A DNA stretch of 64,000 nucleotides from Gemmatimonadota bacterium (GTDB taxonomy: Bacteria > Gemmatimonadota > Gemmatimonadetes > Gemmatimonadales > Gemmatimonadaceae), in assembly GCA_040389905.1 (NCBI GenBank), contig JAZJZK010000007.1:191492-255491 (forward strand), read 5' to 3'. The translations under genes and the position numbers were made by a program. This document shows, piece after piece, positions 9,975 to 19,704 of this stretch (positions within the stretch are counted from its first letter, which is position 1; every line of letters begins with the position of its first letter). The notes beneath the pieces were generated by a model. The model had not been told where the DNA came from. It saw nothing but the letters and a program-made list of their open reading frames with translations, and did not search any database.

Positions 9975-10412
9975 ATGACGGACGCCGAATCAGTTCGCAT
10001 CGATCACGAGGCAACGGAGGAAGACGTCGCAGCCGTCAACACTGGCCTGCGCGAATTCAATGTCGAGGTGATCGGGCCGCCGAATGAAGAGCCGGTACAT
10101 CTTGTGCTTCGCGATGCGAATGATGAGGTCGTGGGCGGACTACTTGGTCACATCCGCTGGCGCTGGCTCTACATCGCGAAGTTGTGGATCTCTGACGCGC
10201 ATCGCGGACAGGGACACGGGGTGGCGCTGATGGCTGCCGCTGAAGCGCATGCGAACGCCAGGGACTGCCTCGGCATCTATCTGGACACGTTCGAGTATCA
10301 GGCGCGGCCCTTCTACGAAAAACTCGGCTTCCAACTCTTCGGGACCCTCGAGAATTTCCCTCCAGGGTACCGGCAGTATCACCTCGCAAAGCCACTTGCA
10401 CCGAAGAGATGA
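9975..10412 (+). CDS. GNAT N-acetyltransferase
   Basis: LWISDAHRGQGHG motif A; LDTFEYQARPFYEKLGF. Confidence 0.88.
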   Translation: MTDAESVRIDHEATEEDVAAVNTGLREFNVEVIGPPNEEPVHLVLRDANDEVVGGLLGHIRWRWLYIAKLWISDAHRGQGHGVALMAAAEAHANARDCLGIYLDTFEYQARPFYEKLGFQLFGTLENFPPGYRQYHLAKPLAPKR

Positions 10413-10422
10413 CGCGCGCCGC

Positions 10423-10812
10423 ATGATGCTGGAGACCGTTCCGCAGCGATTGGCCGTCTGCCGTCTCGACGCGATGGCGCCAATCCCCGCCTGGGCGACG
10501 GGGAATCCGTTCTTCAGCGTGACGCGAACGCTGGATGAATTATCTGTCATCTGCGACGAGGCCGTGGTGCCTGCGGACGTCGTCGCCAATCGAGGGTGGG
10601 TGGCGATCAGGGTCGTCGGGGTGATCGACATGTCGGTGGTCGGGGTGATGCTGTCACTCGCGGGGCCTCTTGCTGAGGCAGGTGTGAGCATCATGCCCGT
10701 CGCGACGTACGACACCGACTATGTCCTCGTGCGGAACGAGCAGCTGCATGACGCGATGGCAGCGCTCGAACGCGCGGGTCATTCGTTCAAGCGAGCTGCA
10801 GACGGAAAATGA
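10423..10812 (+). CDS. ACT domain-containing protein
   Basis: FFSVTRT.DELSVIC; PLAEAGVSI..VATYDTDYVLV. Confidence 0.8.
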   Translation: MMLETVPQRLAVCRLDAMAPIPAWATGNPFFSVTRTLDELSVICDEAVVPADVVANRGWVAIRVVGVIDMSVVGVMLSLAGPLAEAGVSIMPVATYDTDYVLVRNEQLHDAMAALERAGHSFKRAADGK

Positions 10813-10832
10813 GTTAAGAAAGAGTCGTCCGC

Positions 10833-10873
10833 TTGTCACCCTGAGCGAGCGCAGCGAGTCGAAGGGTTTGCAC
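10833..10873 (+). repeat. Solo REP-like palindrome (GTCACCCTGAGCGAGCGCAGCGAGTCGAAGGG)
   Basis: Near-identical to units at 6854, 15042 and 26586. Confidence 0.85.
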
Positions 10874-10916
10874 CTGCTGTTACGCCACTTCCATCTCTTT
10901 TACACGAGCGCGTACA

Positions 10917-11324
10917 ATGATCACAGGCATTCACACGATCGTCTATTCTGCGGCCGCGGAGGAAACGCGTGCATTCTTCCGCGACGCGATGAAGCTCAGC
11001 TCTGTAGACGCAGGTAGAGGATGGTTGATCTTCGCCATGCCGCCAATGGAGCTCGCCGTACATCCGGCGGACGAAACGGCGCACCCGCCCGCGGTCTATC
11101 TCATGTGCGACGATCTCGATGCGACGCTCGTGCACCTCGGTGCCCACGGTGCGGACGTCACGAGCCCCATACAGGAGCAACGTTGGGGAAAGGTGACATC
11201 GATCCGCGTCCCAGGGAACGTCGAGCTCGGCATCTACCAGCCGTATCACCCAACCGCGCTTTCGCTGGCGATCGGCGAAGCGGCATCGTCACGCGCCCGG
11301 CAACAAACGGAGAGTGAAAAATGA
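10917..11324 (+). CDS. VOC/glyoxalase (extradiol dioxygenase-like) protein
   Basis: ITGIHTIVYS, GWLIFAMPP.ELAVHP, YLMCDD, WG..T.I..PG..LGIYQP. Confidence 0.8.
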   Translation: MITGIHTIVYSAAAEETRAFFRDAMKLSSVDAGRGWLIFAMPPMELAVHPADETAHPPAVYLMCDDLDATLVHLGAHGADVTSPIQEQRWGKVTSIRVPGNVELGIYQPYHPTALSLAIGEAASSRARQQTESEK

Positions 11325-11842
11325 TCGAGGACTTTCGCGGCGAATACAAGCGCTATCGCATCATCGGCGAAAAGGCGCTCGCACAGATACCAGACGACGA
11401 GTTGAACCACGTCCACGCATCTGGTGGCAATTCCGCGGCGATGATCGTGTTCCACATCGGTGGCAACTTCGCGTCGCGCTTCACGGATTTTCTCACGACC
11501 GACGGAGAGAAGCCCTGGCGCGCCCGCGAGGAAGAATTCGCCGAGCGCATCTGTTCGCGCGCGGACTTGGAGGAGCGGTGGGTATCGGGGTGGTCCGTCG
11601 TCGAAGCGCAGCTGGCGAGCCTCGGCGATGGTGACTTCGAGCGAAGCGTCACGATTCGTCAACAGCCACTCACGGTGCACGCGGCACTGTGCCGTTCGCT
11701 CGCCCACGTTGCGTACCACGTTGGGCAAATCGTGCTCATCGCGCGCATCTGCGCTGACCGCCCATGGCAATCGATGAGCATTCCGAGGGGCGCGTCGGAC
11801 GCATATAACGCGAACCCGATACTCGAGAAGGTGCCGCAGTGA
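11321..11842 (+). CDS. DUF1572 / DinB-like protein
   Basis: NS.A.IV.HI.GN..SRFTDFLTTDGEKPWR; HVAYHVGQI. Confidence 0.85.
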   Translation: MIEDFRGEYKRYRIIGEKALAQIPDDELNHVHASGGNSAAMIVFHIGGNFASRFTDFLTTDGEKPWRAREEEFAERICSRADLEERWVSGWSVVEAQLASLGDGDFERSVTIRQQPLTVHAALCRSLAHVAYHVGQIVLIARICADRPWQSMSIPRGASDAYNANPILEKVPQ

Positions 11843-11949
11843 AAACCCAACTGGTATGGACCAGCCGCGGAGTTGTGAGAAAAGTGTAAAGCTCCCAACC
11901 GTTGGCGCCGTTCGGGTGTCTCATGGCAGAATCCCACCACACTCGACAC

Positions 11950-14676
11950 ATGCGCCATACTCGCTCCGCCCCACTCGGACTGGTAACCGGCCTCGTGCTG
12001 TCTGCGCACACCCTCGGTGCGCAGACGACGATGCCTACTTCAATGAACGATCCGCGCCCCGTCGCGCGCGCCGTGATGCGCCGAGAGACGATCGCGATCG
12101 ACGGTCGCCTCGACGATGCCGGGTGGAAGGACGCGCTCCCCATCTTGGACTTCCATCAGCAATCCCCCGATGAGGGCAAGTCGCCGGCGGAGCGAACGGA
12201 AGTCCGCATCATGTTCGACGCGAGCGCGGTCTACATCGGCGCGCGCATGTTCGATTCACAGGGCGCGGCCGCCGTGCGCAGTCAGCTCGTCCGCCGAGAC
12301 CAGCTCCTCAATGACAACGCGTCGGACAAGATCGCGTTCGTGCTCGATCCATATCACGATCGGCAATCGCGCGTCTGGTTCGAGCTCAATCCACTGGGGG
12401 TCAAGGGCGATCACCTGAACGGCGATGCGTCGTACGATCCCGTCTGGGAGGGTGCGTCGCATGTGGATTCGCTGGGGTGGACGGCGGAATTCCGCATTCC
12501 GCTCTCCCAGCTGCGGTTTCCTCGCGACTCCGTACAGACGTGGGGCATGCAGATTTGGCGCACGCTCGCGCGCCGGAATGAGTTCGACATGTGGGCGTTC
12601 TGGAGAAACAACGAGCCGGGTGGTCCAGGATATTTTGGAACCATCGAAGGTCTCGAACTCGCCGCACAGCCGAAGCAACTCGAGCTGTTGCCCTATGTGG
12701 TGTCGAAGAGTCGCTTCGCGCTGCCCGCGGTCGGCAATCCGTTCCGCAGCAAGCAGGAGATGACCGGTCGCCTCGGCGGCGATCTCAAGTACAACATCAC
12801 GTCGAGCCTCACGCTCGATGCCACCGTCAATCCGGACTTCGGGCAGGTCGAGGTCGATCCGGCGGTCGTCAACTTGTCGGATTTCGAGACGACGTTCCAG
12901 GAGAAGCGGCCGTTCTTCGTCGCGAACTCCGGCGCGTTTTCCTTTGGCGGCTTCAATTGCTTCTTCTGTAGCAATGTGTCGAGCCTCAACGTCTTCTACT
13001 CACGGCGCATCGGGCGCGCGCCGCAGTTGGGAGGCCTGATCAACTCGCAAGCCAGCTTTGCCGACGTGCCCGACGCGTCGACGATTCTCGGTGCAGCGAA
13101 GATCACCGGACGGACGAAGGATGGGCTTTCCGTCGCCATGCTCGAGGCGGTGACGAATCGTGTGAACGCCAACTATGTGACGAGTACCGCCGCGGGCGCA
13201 CCCCTGTTGTCGCGCGAAGCGGAGCCGATGACCAACTATTTCGTCGGCCGGTTGCGGAAAGATCTCCGTCGCGGCGACACGCGCATCGGCATGATCACGA
13301 CGCAGACGAACCGCTTCATGAACGATTCGACGGAAATCAGTCGCCTGCGCGGAAGCGCCCAGCTGGTCGGCGCGGACATCCAGCACTACTGGAACAATCG
13401 GGGCTTCTCGTTCCAGAGCCAGGTCGCCCTGTCCCAGGTAGGCGGCGATACCGCGGCGATGCGGCGTACGCAGTTGACGAGCTCACACTATTTCCAGCGT
13501 CCCGATCGCCAGGCCACGAGTGACGGCCTGTTCGATATCGCGTACGACCCGAAGCGGACCTCCTTGCGGGGCTACGGCGTGTACGCTCGCCTCGCAAAGG
13601 AGAGTGGCGACTGGCTGATGGAAACCGCGCAGAACTGGCGCAGCCCGGGCTTCGAGGTGAACGACATCGGCACGTTGAGCCGCACGGATTACAAGTGGAT
13701 GCAGGCGAGTGTCCTGCGCCAATGGACCACGCCGGGCAAGTGGTATCGCGATGCCGCGGCGATCGTGGGCGGGCAAACGGCATTCAACTACGACGGGGAC
13801 CAGATCGACCAGCAGGAGGAGATCTGGGGCCGTGTCACGCTGTCCAACTACGTCGGCATCAGCGGGTTTGTGATCAATCATCCGCCGACGTACGATGCGA
13901 CGCGCACACGTGGCGGCGTCGTTCAGAAGACGGCGGGGTACAACTTCTATTCGGTCAGCCTCAACGGCGATCAGCGCAACCGGATTACGTGGGATGGAGG
14001 AGCCGATTACGGCAAGAACATCGAAGACAACGGCTGGAACGGTGACGGATATGCGGACCTCATCATCAAGCCGCTCGTGAATCTGCGGCTGAGCTTCGGT
14101 CCGTCCTATTCGCGGAGCATCACGCCAACCCAGTTTGTCACGAACATCGCGGACGCAAGCGCCACGGCGTTCAGCGGCCAGCGGAGCGTTTTCGCTCGGC
14201 TCGACCAGCATTCGCTGTCGATGAACACGCGCATCAACGCGACGTTCAGCCCGACGCTGACCCTTGAACTCTTTGCGCAGCCCTTCCTCGCGAGTGGTGC
14301 CTACGACGAATTGAAGCAGTACGCCGCGCCGCGGACGCTCGCGACCCAGACCTACGGCAAGGACCTTGGCACACTGACGACGAACCGCAATGCGAACGGC
14401 TCGGTGTCTTCGTACCGCGTCGATCCCGATGGTTCAGGTCCGTCGTCGGCATTCGACGTTGGCAACCCTGATTTCAACGTTCGTTCGCTGCGCGGCACCG
14501 CGGTGCTGCGCTGGGAGTATCGTCCGGGTTCGACGGTGTACTTCGTGTGGACGCAGGAGCGGTCCGGCTCGGAGCCCTACGGCGACTTCGATTTCAACCG
14601 CGACAAGTCGGCGCTCTTCCGCGACCGGCCGATCAATGTCTTCCAGATCAAGGCGAGCTACTGGCTGGGGATGTAG
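11950..14676 (+). CDS. DUF5916 domain protein with N-terminal CBM9-like domain (probable outer-membrane protein)
   Basis: IDGRLDD..W, WTAEFRIPLSQLRF, LDATVNPDFGQVEVD, EKRPFF, YSRRIG, C-terminal LRWEYRPGS...KASYW. Confidence 0.85.
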   Translation: MRHTRSAPLGLVTGLVLSAHTLGAQTTMPTSMNDPRPVARAVMRRETIAIDGRLDDAGWKDALPILDFHQQSPDEGKSPAERTEVRIMFDASAVYIGARMFDSQGAAAVRSQLVRRDQLLNDNASDKIAFVLDPYHDRQSRVWFELNPLGVKGDHLNGDASYDPVWEGASHVDSLGWTAEFRIPLSQLRFPRDSVQTWGMQIWRTLARRNEFDMWAFWRNNEPGGPGYFGTIEGLELAAQPKQLELLPYVVSKSRFALPAVGNPFRSKQEMTGRLGGDLKYNITSSLTLDATVNPDFGQVEVDPAVVNLSDFETTFQEKRPFFVANSGAFSFGGFNCFFCSNVSSLNVFYSRRIGRAPQLGGLINSQASFADVPDASTILGAAKITGRTKDGLSVAMLEAVTNRVNANYVTSTAAGAPLLSREAEPMTNYFVGRLRKDLRRGDTRIGMITTQTNRFMNDSTEISRLRGSAQLVGADIQHYWNNRGFSFQSQVALSQVGGDTAAMRRTQLTSSHYFQRPDRQATSDGLFDIAYDPKRTSLRGYGVYARLAKESGDWLMETAQNWRSPGFEVNDIGTLSRTDYKWMQASVLRQWTTPGKWYRDAAAIVGGQTAFNYDGDQIDQQEEIWGRVTLSNYVGISGFVINHPPTYDATRTRGGVVQKTAGYNFYSVSLNGDQRNRITWDGGADYGKNIEDNGWNGDGYADLIIKPLVNLRLSFGPSYSRSITPTQFVTNIADASATAFSGQRSVFARLDQHSLSMNTRINATFSPTLTLELFAQPFLASGAYDELKQYAAPRTLATQTYGKDLGTLTTNRNANGSVSSYRVDPDGSGPSSAFDVGNPDFNVRSLRGTAVLRWEYRPGSTVYFVWTQERSGSEPYGDFDFNRDKSALFRDRPINVFQIKASYWLGM

Positions 14677-14718
14677 ACACGCCTGGTGCAGTGTTCGCAA
14701 CTACCAATAGCAGCCGCG

Positions 14719-15082
14719 TTGTCACCCCGAGCGTAGTCGAGGGGTCGGTGATCTCAACCGGTCGTCGCAACACACGGCTGCTGGACATCCCACTCGTGAG
14801 GGCAAACCCCAAAGCCGAACGCAGAGGTCGCAGAGGGAACTGCAACAGCCGCAGAGGTCGCAGAGGAAACCAGAAACAGCAGTGAGGTTTGGATCATGTC
14901 GTGCTCTGCGACCTCTGCGGCTGTTTCGTTTCTCTGCGTCCTCTGCGGTGAGCTCTTGCCGAGACAGCGGTTGATGCGACAGGGCACCGGTTGCGTTCAC
15001 CGGTTGACACCGCCGTCTGCACGTTCCGCCTGTGTACGGGGTGCAGACCCGCTCGACTCGCTGCGCTCGCTCGGGGTGACAA
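14719..15082. repeat. Composite palindromic element: inverted REP-like units outside (14719-14746, 15042-15082), CGCAGAG inverted arms inside (about 14818-14949)
   Basis: TTGTCACCCCGAGC...GCTCGGGGTGACAA enclosing GCAGAGGTCGCAGAG...CTCTGCGACCTCTGC. Confidence 0.85.
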
Positions 15083-15167
15083 CCGGACAACACACGCTAT
15101 CAATAGCTGAGCCCACGTCCCACGTCGATAAAGTGACCCGAGTTCGCCGCACCGGGTTGAGCGATGT

Positions 15168-15581
15168 ATGAGGAATATCTTTCGCTCCCCGACCCGCCTG
15201 CTGCCGGTAGCCTGGCCGCGTATTTCGTGCATCCTTCTCGGGCTACTCGCTGGATGCGATGCCTACAAGTTCACCGATGGCAGCCAGGTGTGCACAACCG
15301 AGGCGCGCGCGGGAATCACGATTTCGGTGCGTGACTCGGTGACGGATGCCCTGGCTGGACGGGGATCGCGAATTATCGCAACGAGCGGCAGCTATGCGGA
15401 CACCGCGCGTTTTTCGGGCAACCAGGATGGCCCCTTCGCACTCGTCTACGAGCGGGCAGGAACGTACGTTGTTACGGTCGAGCAGACTGGCTACAAGACG
15501 TGGACCAAGTCTGGCGTGGAAGTCACGAAGGCCGTCTGCCATGTGAACGGCGTTGACCTGGTGGCGCGGCTGCAACACTGA
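15168..15581 (+). CDS. Lipoprotein with carboxypeptidase-regulatory-like domain
   Basis: Lipobox LLAGC; ERAGTY.VTV...GY..W. Confidence 0.65.
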   Translation: MRNIFRSPTRLLPVAWPRISCILLGLLAGCDAYKFTDGSQVCTTEARAGITISVRDSVTDALAGRGSRIIATSGSYADTARFSGNQDGPFALVYERAGTYVVTVEQTGYKTWTKSGVEVTKAVCHVNGVDLVARLQH

Positions 15582-15590
15582 GGAAACTCA

Positions 15591-15989
15591 ATGGTCGCGT
15601 TCAGGAACTGGCGTGCCGGACATCTGCTCGCCGCGTGGGCCACATGGTGGGTCGTGCTCGTCGCCGTCAAACTCGGGCCGGCCATCGGCGCCGTGTTGAA
15701 GGCCACGGGCGGCACGGACTCCAAGAGTAGCGTTGCGGCCGGGTTCGACAATGCGAACCTCCACCTCACTATCGTGGACGCAGGCGTGACGATCTGGGAG
15801 CGCACCGCACCCTTCAGTTCGATTGTTGCGTGGATCGCGCTGCCTCCGCTACTGATTTGGGTCGCGTGGCTCGTGGCTCGGCCCGCACGCGCCGAGCTCG
15901 GCGCCGCGAATGAGTCTGCGCGCCTCCGGAGTGCGAGCCCTGCCGACATGATGCCGTCGAGAGATCGAGACCGCGTCGAGCGTGACTGA
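15591..15989 (+). CDS. Hypothetical membrane protein
   Basis: GAGG RBS; two hydrophobic segments. Confidence 0.65.
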   Translation: MVAFRNWRAGHLLAAWATWWVVLVAVKLGPAIGAVLKATGGTDSKSSVAAGFDNANLHLTIVDAGVTIWERTAPFSSIVAWIALPPLLIWVAWLVARPARAELGAANESARLRSASPADMMPSRDRDRVERD

Positions 15990-16458
15990 ACGAGAGCAGT
16001 GTGTCGAATGCAGCGCGACGTATGACGTCGGAAACAGCTGCCGGTTGTGTTTCGAGTCATTGCTCGCCTATGAGAATGAAACGCCCGTCGCATTCGGTGC
16101 CGTTCACCATCTCACCGTTCCCGCGTTCTTCCTCATGCATCCTGCCGGATATTCGGCAGCTATCCTGCGAGCATGGCGAGACGCCATTGCCGCAAGCATG
16201 GACGACGGTGTTACGCCTCGAGAGTTGCAGCGCCGCCACCGCGCGCAGTTCGAGGGATCGACGCGTGTGCGCCAACCGGGAGCTCGTGCGCCCGAGTGGT
16301 GGCCCCGGGAGTGGCCGTTAACCGTTCACTCCATCCTGATGCCGGGCCAACGACCGGACGCCGATCGCTACGTGCACTGCGCACGAGAATGGGCCATGGC
16401 GGTGCGACAGACCATCGACGCGTGCGTCCCGCCCGCACGCGCCGAATGGGGTCTTTGA
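15982..16458 (+). CDS. DUF5946-like protein
   Basis: N-terminal CxxC...C, HHLTV..F..HP..Y, C-terminal WA. Confidence 0.6.
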   Translation: MTEREQCVECSATYDVGNSCRLCFESLLAYENETPVAFGAVHHLTVPAFFLMHPAGYSAAILRAWRDAIAASMDDGVTPRELQRRHRAQFEGSTRVRQPGARAPEWWPREWPLTVHSILMPGQRPDADRYVHCAREWAMAVRQTIDACVPPARAEWGL

Positions 16459-16462
16459 CGAC

Positions 16463-17071
16463 TCAATAAAAGCTGCGCAGTTCCACGCGCGTGTTGTTCA
16501 GGTAAACGCCCGTAAACCGAACGCTGTCACCGATGCGCAGATTCTGAAAGCGCTGCTGGTCTGTGCGCGTCGCATTGTACGGCAACGACACCGTGAGCCG
16601 AGTGGAACCGGCATCGATCTCGAACCACCCGTTGGTCGCGTCGACTCTCCGTACCACGCCCTGCAACGACTGCACGACCGCATTGCTGGATGACGTGGTG
16701 GTGTTCTGCACCGACTGGTCGACCTGCACCAGGTCAGTGTAGTACGCCCCGTTCTGCGTTTGCTGAATGCGTGCGGTGACCTGGTCTCCGTACTCGAGCG
16801 ACGTCACCGCATAGTTCTGATTCTGGTAGACGACTTTCGTCTGGTTGTCGAACGCGACGGCGACGGCCTGCCCGCTCGACGGTTGAATGGAGATCTGCTG
16901 GTTGCGGGTGTCGACGCTTCGGATGGTGCCGCTGAGCTGGTTGTCCTGTGCGCCGCCGCCGAGCACGCTGCCAAGCACCTGCCCAAGCCCGCCGGTTTGC
17001 GAGCAACTCGCGGTCACTGACAGCGCGAACGCGAGTGCGACAAGCCGAGCTGTTCGTTGAATGTTCGTCAT
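16463..17071 (-). CDS. Hypothetical lipoprotein with two repeated OB-fold-like (DUF5666-like) modules
   Basis: Lipobox TASC; repeated G.(I/V)..VD ... L..GD.V; GGAGG RBS. Confidence 0.7.
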   Translation of the reverse strand: MTNIQRTARLVALAFALSVTASCSQTGGLGQVLGSVLGGGAQDNQLSGTIRSVDTRNQQISIQPSSGQAVAVAFDNQTKVVYQNQNYAVTSLEYGDQVTARIQQTQNGAYYTDLVQVDQSVQNTTTSSSNAVVQSLQGVVRRVDATNGWFEIDAGSTRLTVSLPYNATRTDQQRFQNLRIGDSVRFTGVYLNNTRVELRSFY

Positions 17072-17103
17072 GAGGGGCCTCCGTATGATTTGCCTTTGTA
17101 AAG

Positions 17104-17118
17104 GCAAGCACGGTGCCG
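17104..17118 (-). promoter_or_regulatory. Putative sigma54 (-24/-12) promoter
   Basis: Minus strand CGGCAC-CGTGC-TTGC, GG-N10-GC spacing, about 33 nt before ATG 17071. Confidence 0.6.
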
Positions 17119-17160
17119 ATCATTCGAGCGCGAACGAATGTTGCCGCAGTGATCGCTAGG

Positions 17161-19653
17161 TTAGCGCTCGCGAATCCACACGATCGAGGTTGCTGCCGGC
17201 GCGGCCGGACGCGGCAACGGACGGCCTTCGGACACCGCAATTGCCGCTGCGGTCGCGATCGCGACCGCACCGGCGGCTGCCGTCGCGGAGTCGGGCCGCG
17301 GCGGCGGCGGTGGCACTGCGGGGTTGCGGTTGAAGCGAGCGTAGTTGGGGATCGCCACCATCGGCGCACCGTTCGCGAACGTGCCGGTGATCACGGTCAC
17401 GCCGCCGAGCAAGTCCGGTCGCCACTCGGTGGCAAGGGGCGCAGTTGGCGCGAGAACGCCGTCGATGTCCTGATCGACCTTCTCGATGTTGTACACGAGC
17501 GGGCCGTACCGCAGCGCGACGCGATCCTTGTTCGCCGCGATCCGTTCGTCGGCATGCACGCGTTGGACCTTCATCGGCAACACTAACTCGATCTTGTCGC
17601 CCTTGCTCCACGTGCGCTCGATCGACGCATAGCCATTCACCATGACCGGCTTCACCACTCGGCCATTCACGGAGAGTGAAATGATGCCGTCGGCGTTCGG
17701 CGACGCGGTGTAGAGGTTGCTCACGTCGCGCGTGGGGATGCGAACTCTGACCGCGAAGGACTTGCGCACCTTCGGATTGACCGTAATCGCGACGTTCCCG
17801 CTCCATGGATAGTTGGTTTCCTGTACCATCTCGACGTCTGTTCCGGCGAGGTTGGCGATCGTCACCGAACTTCCGACGAAGAGGTTCACCTGAATGGCAT
17901 TGGTGTCCTTCGAGTACATCCAGGTGGGGAGCATGAGCAGCGTGCGCGGAATATTCCCCGTGCAGCACGGAACGCTGTGCCACGCGGAACGCGGCGCCGT
18001 TTGCGCGAGCGGATTCGTGTAGAAAAACTTTGTCCCTTCGAGATCGAGTGCGCCGAGCAATGCGTTATAGAGCGTCTGCTCGAAGAGGTCGGCGTATTTC
18101 GCTTCGTGGTACGCGAGATGAAGCTTCCACTGGAAGAAGATCTCACCGCAGCTCGAGCACGCCTCGCAATACGAATTGTTCCGGAGCGAATAGTTCGGGC
18201 CAAAGCCTTCGGATGTCTCGCCGCTCCCCACGCCGCCGGTGACGTAATACTTGCGATGGGTGATGTTGTCCCAGAGCGACTTGACGGCACTCTGGTAGTC
18301 GACATCGTGCGTCTCGACCGCGACGTCCGCCATGGCGGAGTAATTGTACACGGCGCGCACGGCGTGACCCACCGCTTCGTACTGCTGCGTCACCGGTACG
18401 TGGCTCTGGTCGTACTCGGAGCCATTGCGGCGACAGTCGAGGAGGAACTTCGCGAGTGCCACATAGCGATCGCCCTTTCCTCCTCCCTCCACTTCGTTCA
18501 CGAAGCGGCCGAAGCGAACGAGCGCCTGCTCCATTTCCTGGTGGCCGTCGAACCACTCCTGCTTCGGCGCCGGGCCGATGTTGTCTGCCCAGCAATCTGA
18601 CAATTTTTTCGCCGCATTGTAGAGCCGGTCGTCCTTGCGGCCCGACATCGAGAAGTGGTTGATCGCGGACTCGATGAAGTATCCGGCAACGTACCCTTCA
18701 TGATTCGCGCGCGCCGAGGGGCTCCACCGTTGCGTCCACGGCTGCGACGATCCTCCCGGAATGCCCGGACCACCGGGCCTCGGCGCATTTCGCAGTGTGA
18801 ACGCGGTCTGCAAGTATCCGTCGGGATGTTGCGCGGCGAGGATGATGGGAATCCACTCGTTCAACGTCGCGCGCATGCGGTCCTGCGCGGCGATGATCTC
18901 CTTGTCGTCTTGCGGATCGACCATGAGCGCGAGGCTCATCGACTCGACGGTCTGATGCACCCACGCATTCGAGAACACGTAGCCACGGTGCGCTGCGTGC
19001 GGCTCGCCGCGCAGGGCCTTGGCCGCCTCGATGAAATTGTCGAGCCCACCATCGCCTCGGCCGGCCGGAATGTCCGTTCGCGTGCATTGTTCGATGCAGT
19101 GCGGAATCCACGACGTGATCAGTGTCTTCGTTCGTGCGGTCCACAGCGGGCTGGTGATCGTGTGACGCGTGGTGACCACCGGAGCGAGCTGCTTGACGGG
19201 CGGCGGCAGCTCGACGCGAACCTTGAGCGTCGACGCCGCGGAGGTCTCGCCATTGTCAGCGGACACGCGCAGCACGTAGTCGCCGGGCGCCGAGAAGGTC
19301 GCGGTGGTGACGGTTGCGTTCGCATCGGCGAAGGTGACCGTGCCCGGACCGGAGACCTTGCTCCACGTCGTCTTCGGTGGAGGACCCTGCGGCGCCACCG
19401 TGGCGTTGCCTCCGCGGCCAGTACGGCCTGGCCTGGGGGGCGTGCCATAACCCGCCCATGCGCTGAGGTACGTTTTGCCGTTGCGCATGACGACGCGGTC
19501 GACGCCAGCCACCGCATTGACCGGTTCCGCGCTCGTCGTCAGCGCGAGGGCCTTACCAATGGGCGTAGCGATCGCCGTCACGATCATGCTCGCCGTGAAT
19601 CGTTGCAGGAGCTCACGTCGCGTGAGGTCCTTGCCGGAGGCGTCGTTGCTCAT
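17161..19653 (-). CDS. GH127 (beta-L-arabinofuranosidase-like) glycoside hydrolase, Tat signal plus PKD-like domain
   Basis: TRRELLQ Tat motif; WSKVSGPG PKD-like domain; GHAVRA, YVTGGVG, YCEACS, PCCTGN. Confidence 0.88.
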   Translation of the reverse strand: MSNDASGKDLTRRELLQRFTASMIVTAIATPIGKALALTTSAEPVNAVAGVDRVVMRNGKTYLSAWAGYGTPPRPGRTGRGGNATVAPQGPPPKTTWSKVSGPGTVTFADANATVTTATFSAPGDYVLRVSADNGETSAASTLKVRVELPPPVKQLAPVVTTRHTITSPLWTARTKTLITSWIPHCIEQCTRTDIPAGRGDGGLDNFIEAAKALRGEPHAAHRGYVFSNAWVHQTVESMSLALMVDPQDDKEIIAAQDRMRATLNEWIPIILAAQHPDGYLQTAFTLRNAPRPGGPGIPGGSSQPWTQRWSPSARANHEGYVAGYFIESAINHFSMSGRKDDRLYNAAKKLSDCWADNIGPAPKQEWFDGHQEMEQALVRFGRFVNEVEGGGKGDRYVALAKFLLDCRRNGSEYDQSHVPVTQQYEAVGHAVRAVYNYSAMADVAVETHDVDYQSAVKSLWDNITHRKYYVTGGVGSGETSEGFGPNYSLRNNSYCEACSSCGEIFFQWKLHLAYHEAKYADLFEQTLYNALLGALDLEGTKFFYTNPLAQTAPRSAWHSVPCCTGNIPRTLLMLPTWMYSKDTNAIQVNLFVGSSVTIANLAGTDVEMVQETNYPWSGNVAITVNPKVRKSFAVRVRIPTRDVSNLYTASPNADGIISLSVNGRVVKPVMVNGYASIERTWSKGDKIELVLPMKVQRVHADERIAANKDRVALRYGPLVYNIEKVDQDIDGVLAPTAPLATEWRPDLLGGVTVITGTFANGAPMVAIPNYARFNRNPAVPPPPPRPDSATAAAGAVAIATAAAIAVSEGRPLPRPAAPAATSIVWIRER

Positions 19654-19704
19654 AAGGTTGAGTTACCGGTTCGGCGAAGCCGCGTCAACCCTCGGAGCCT
19701 TGCG

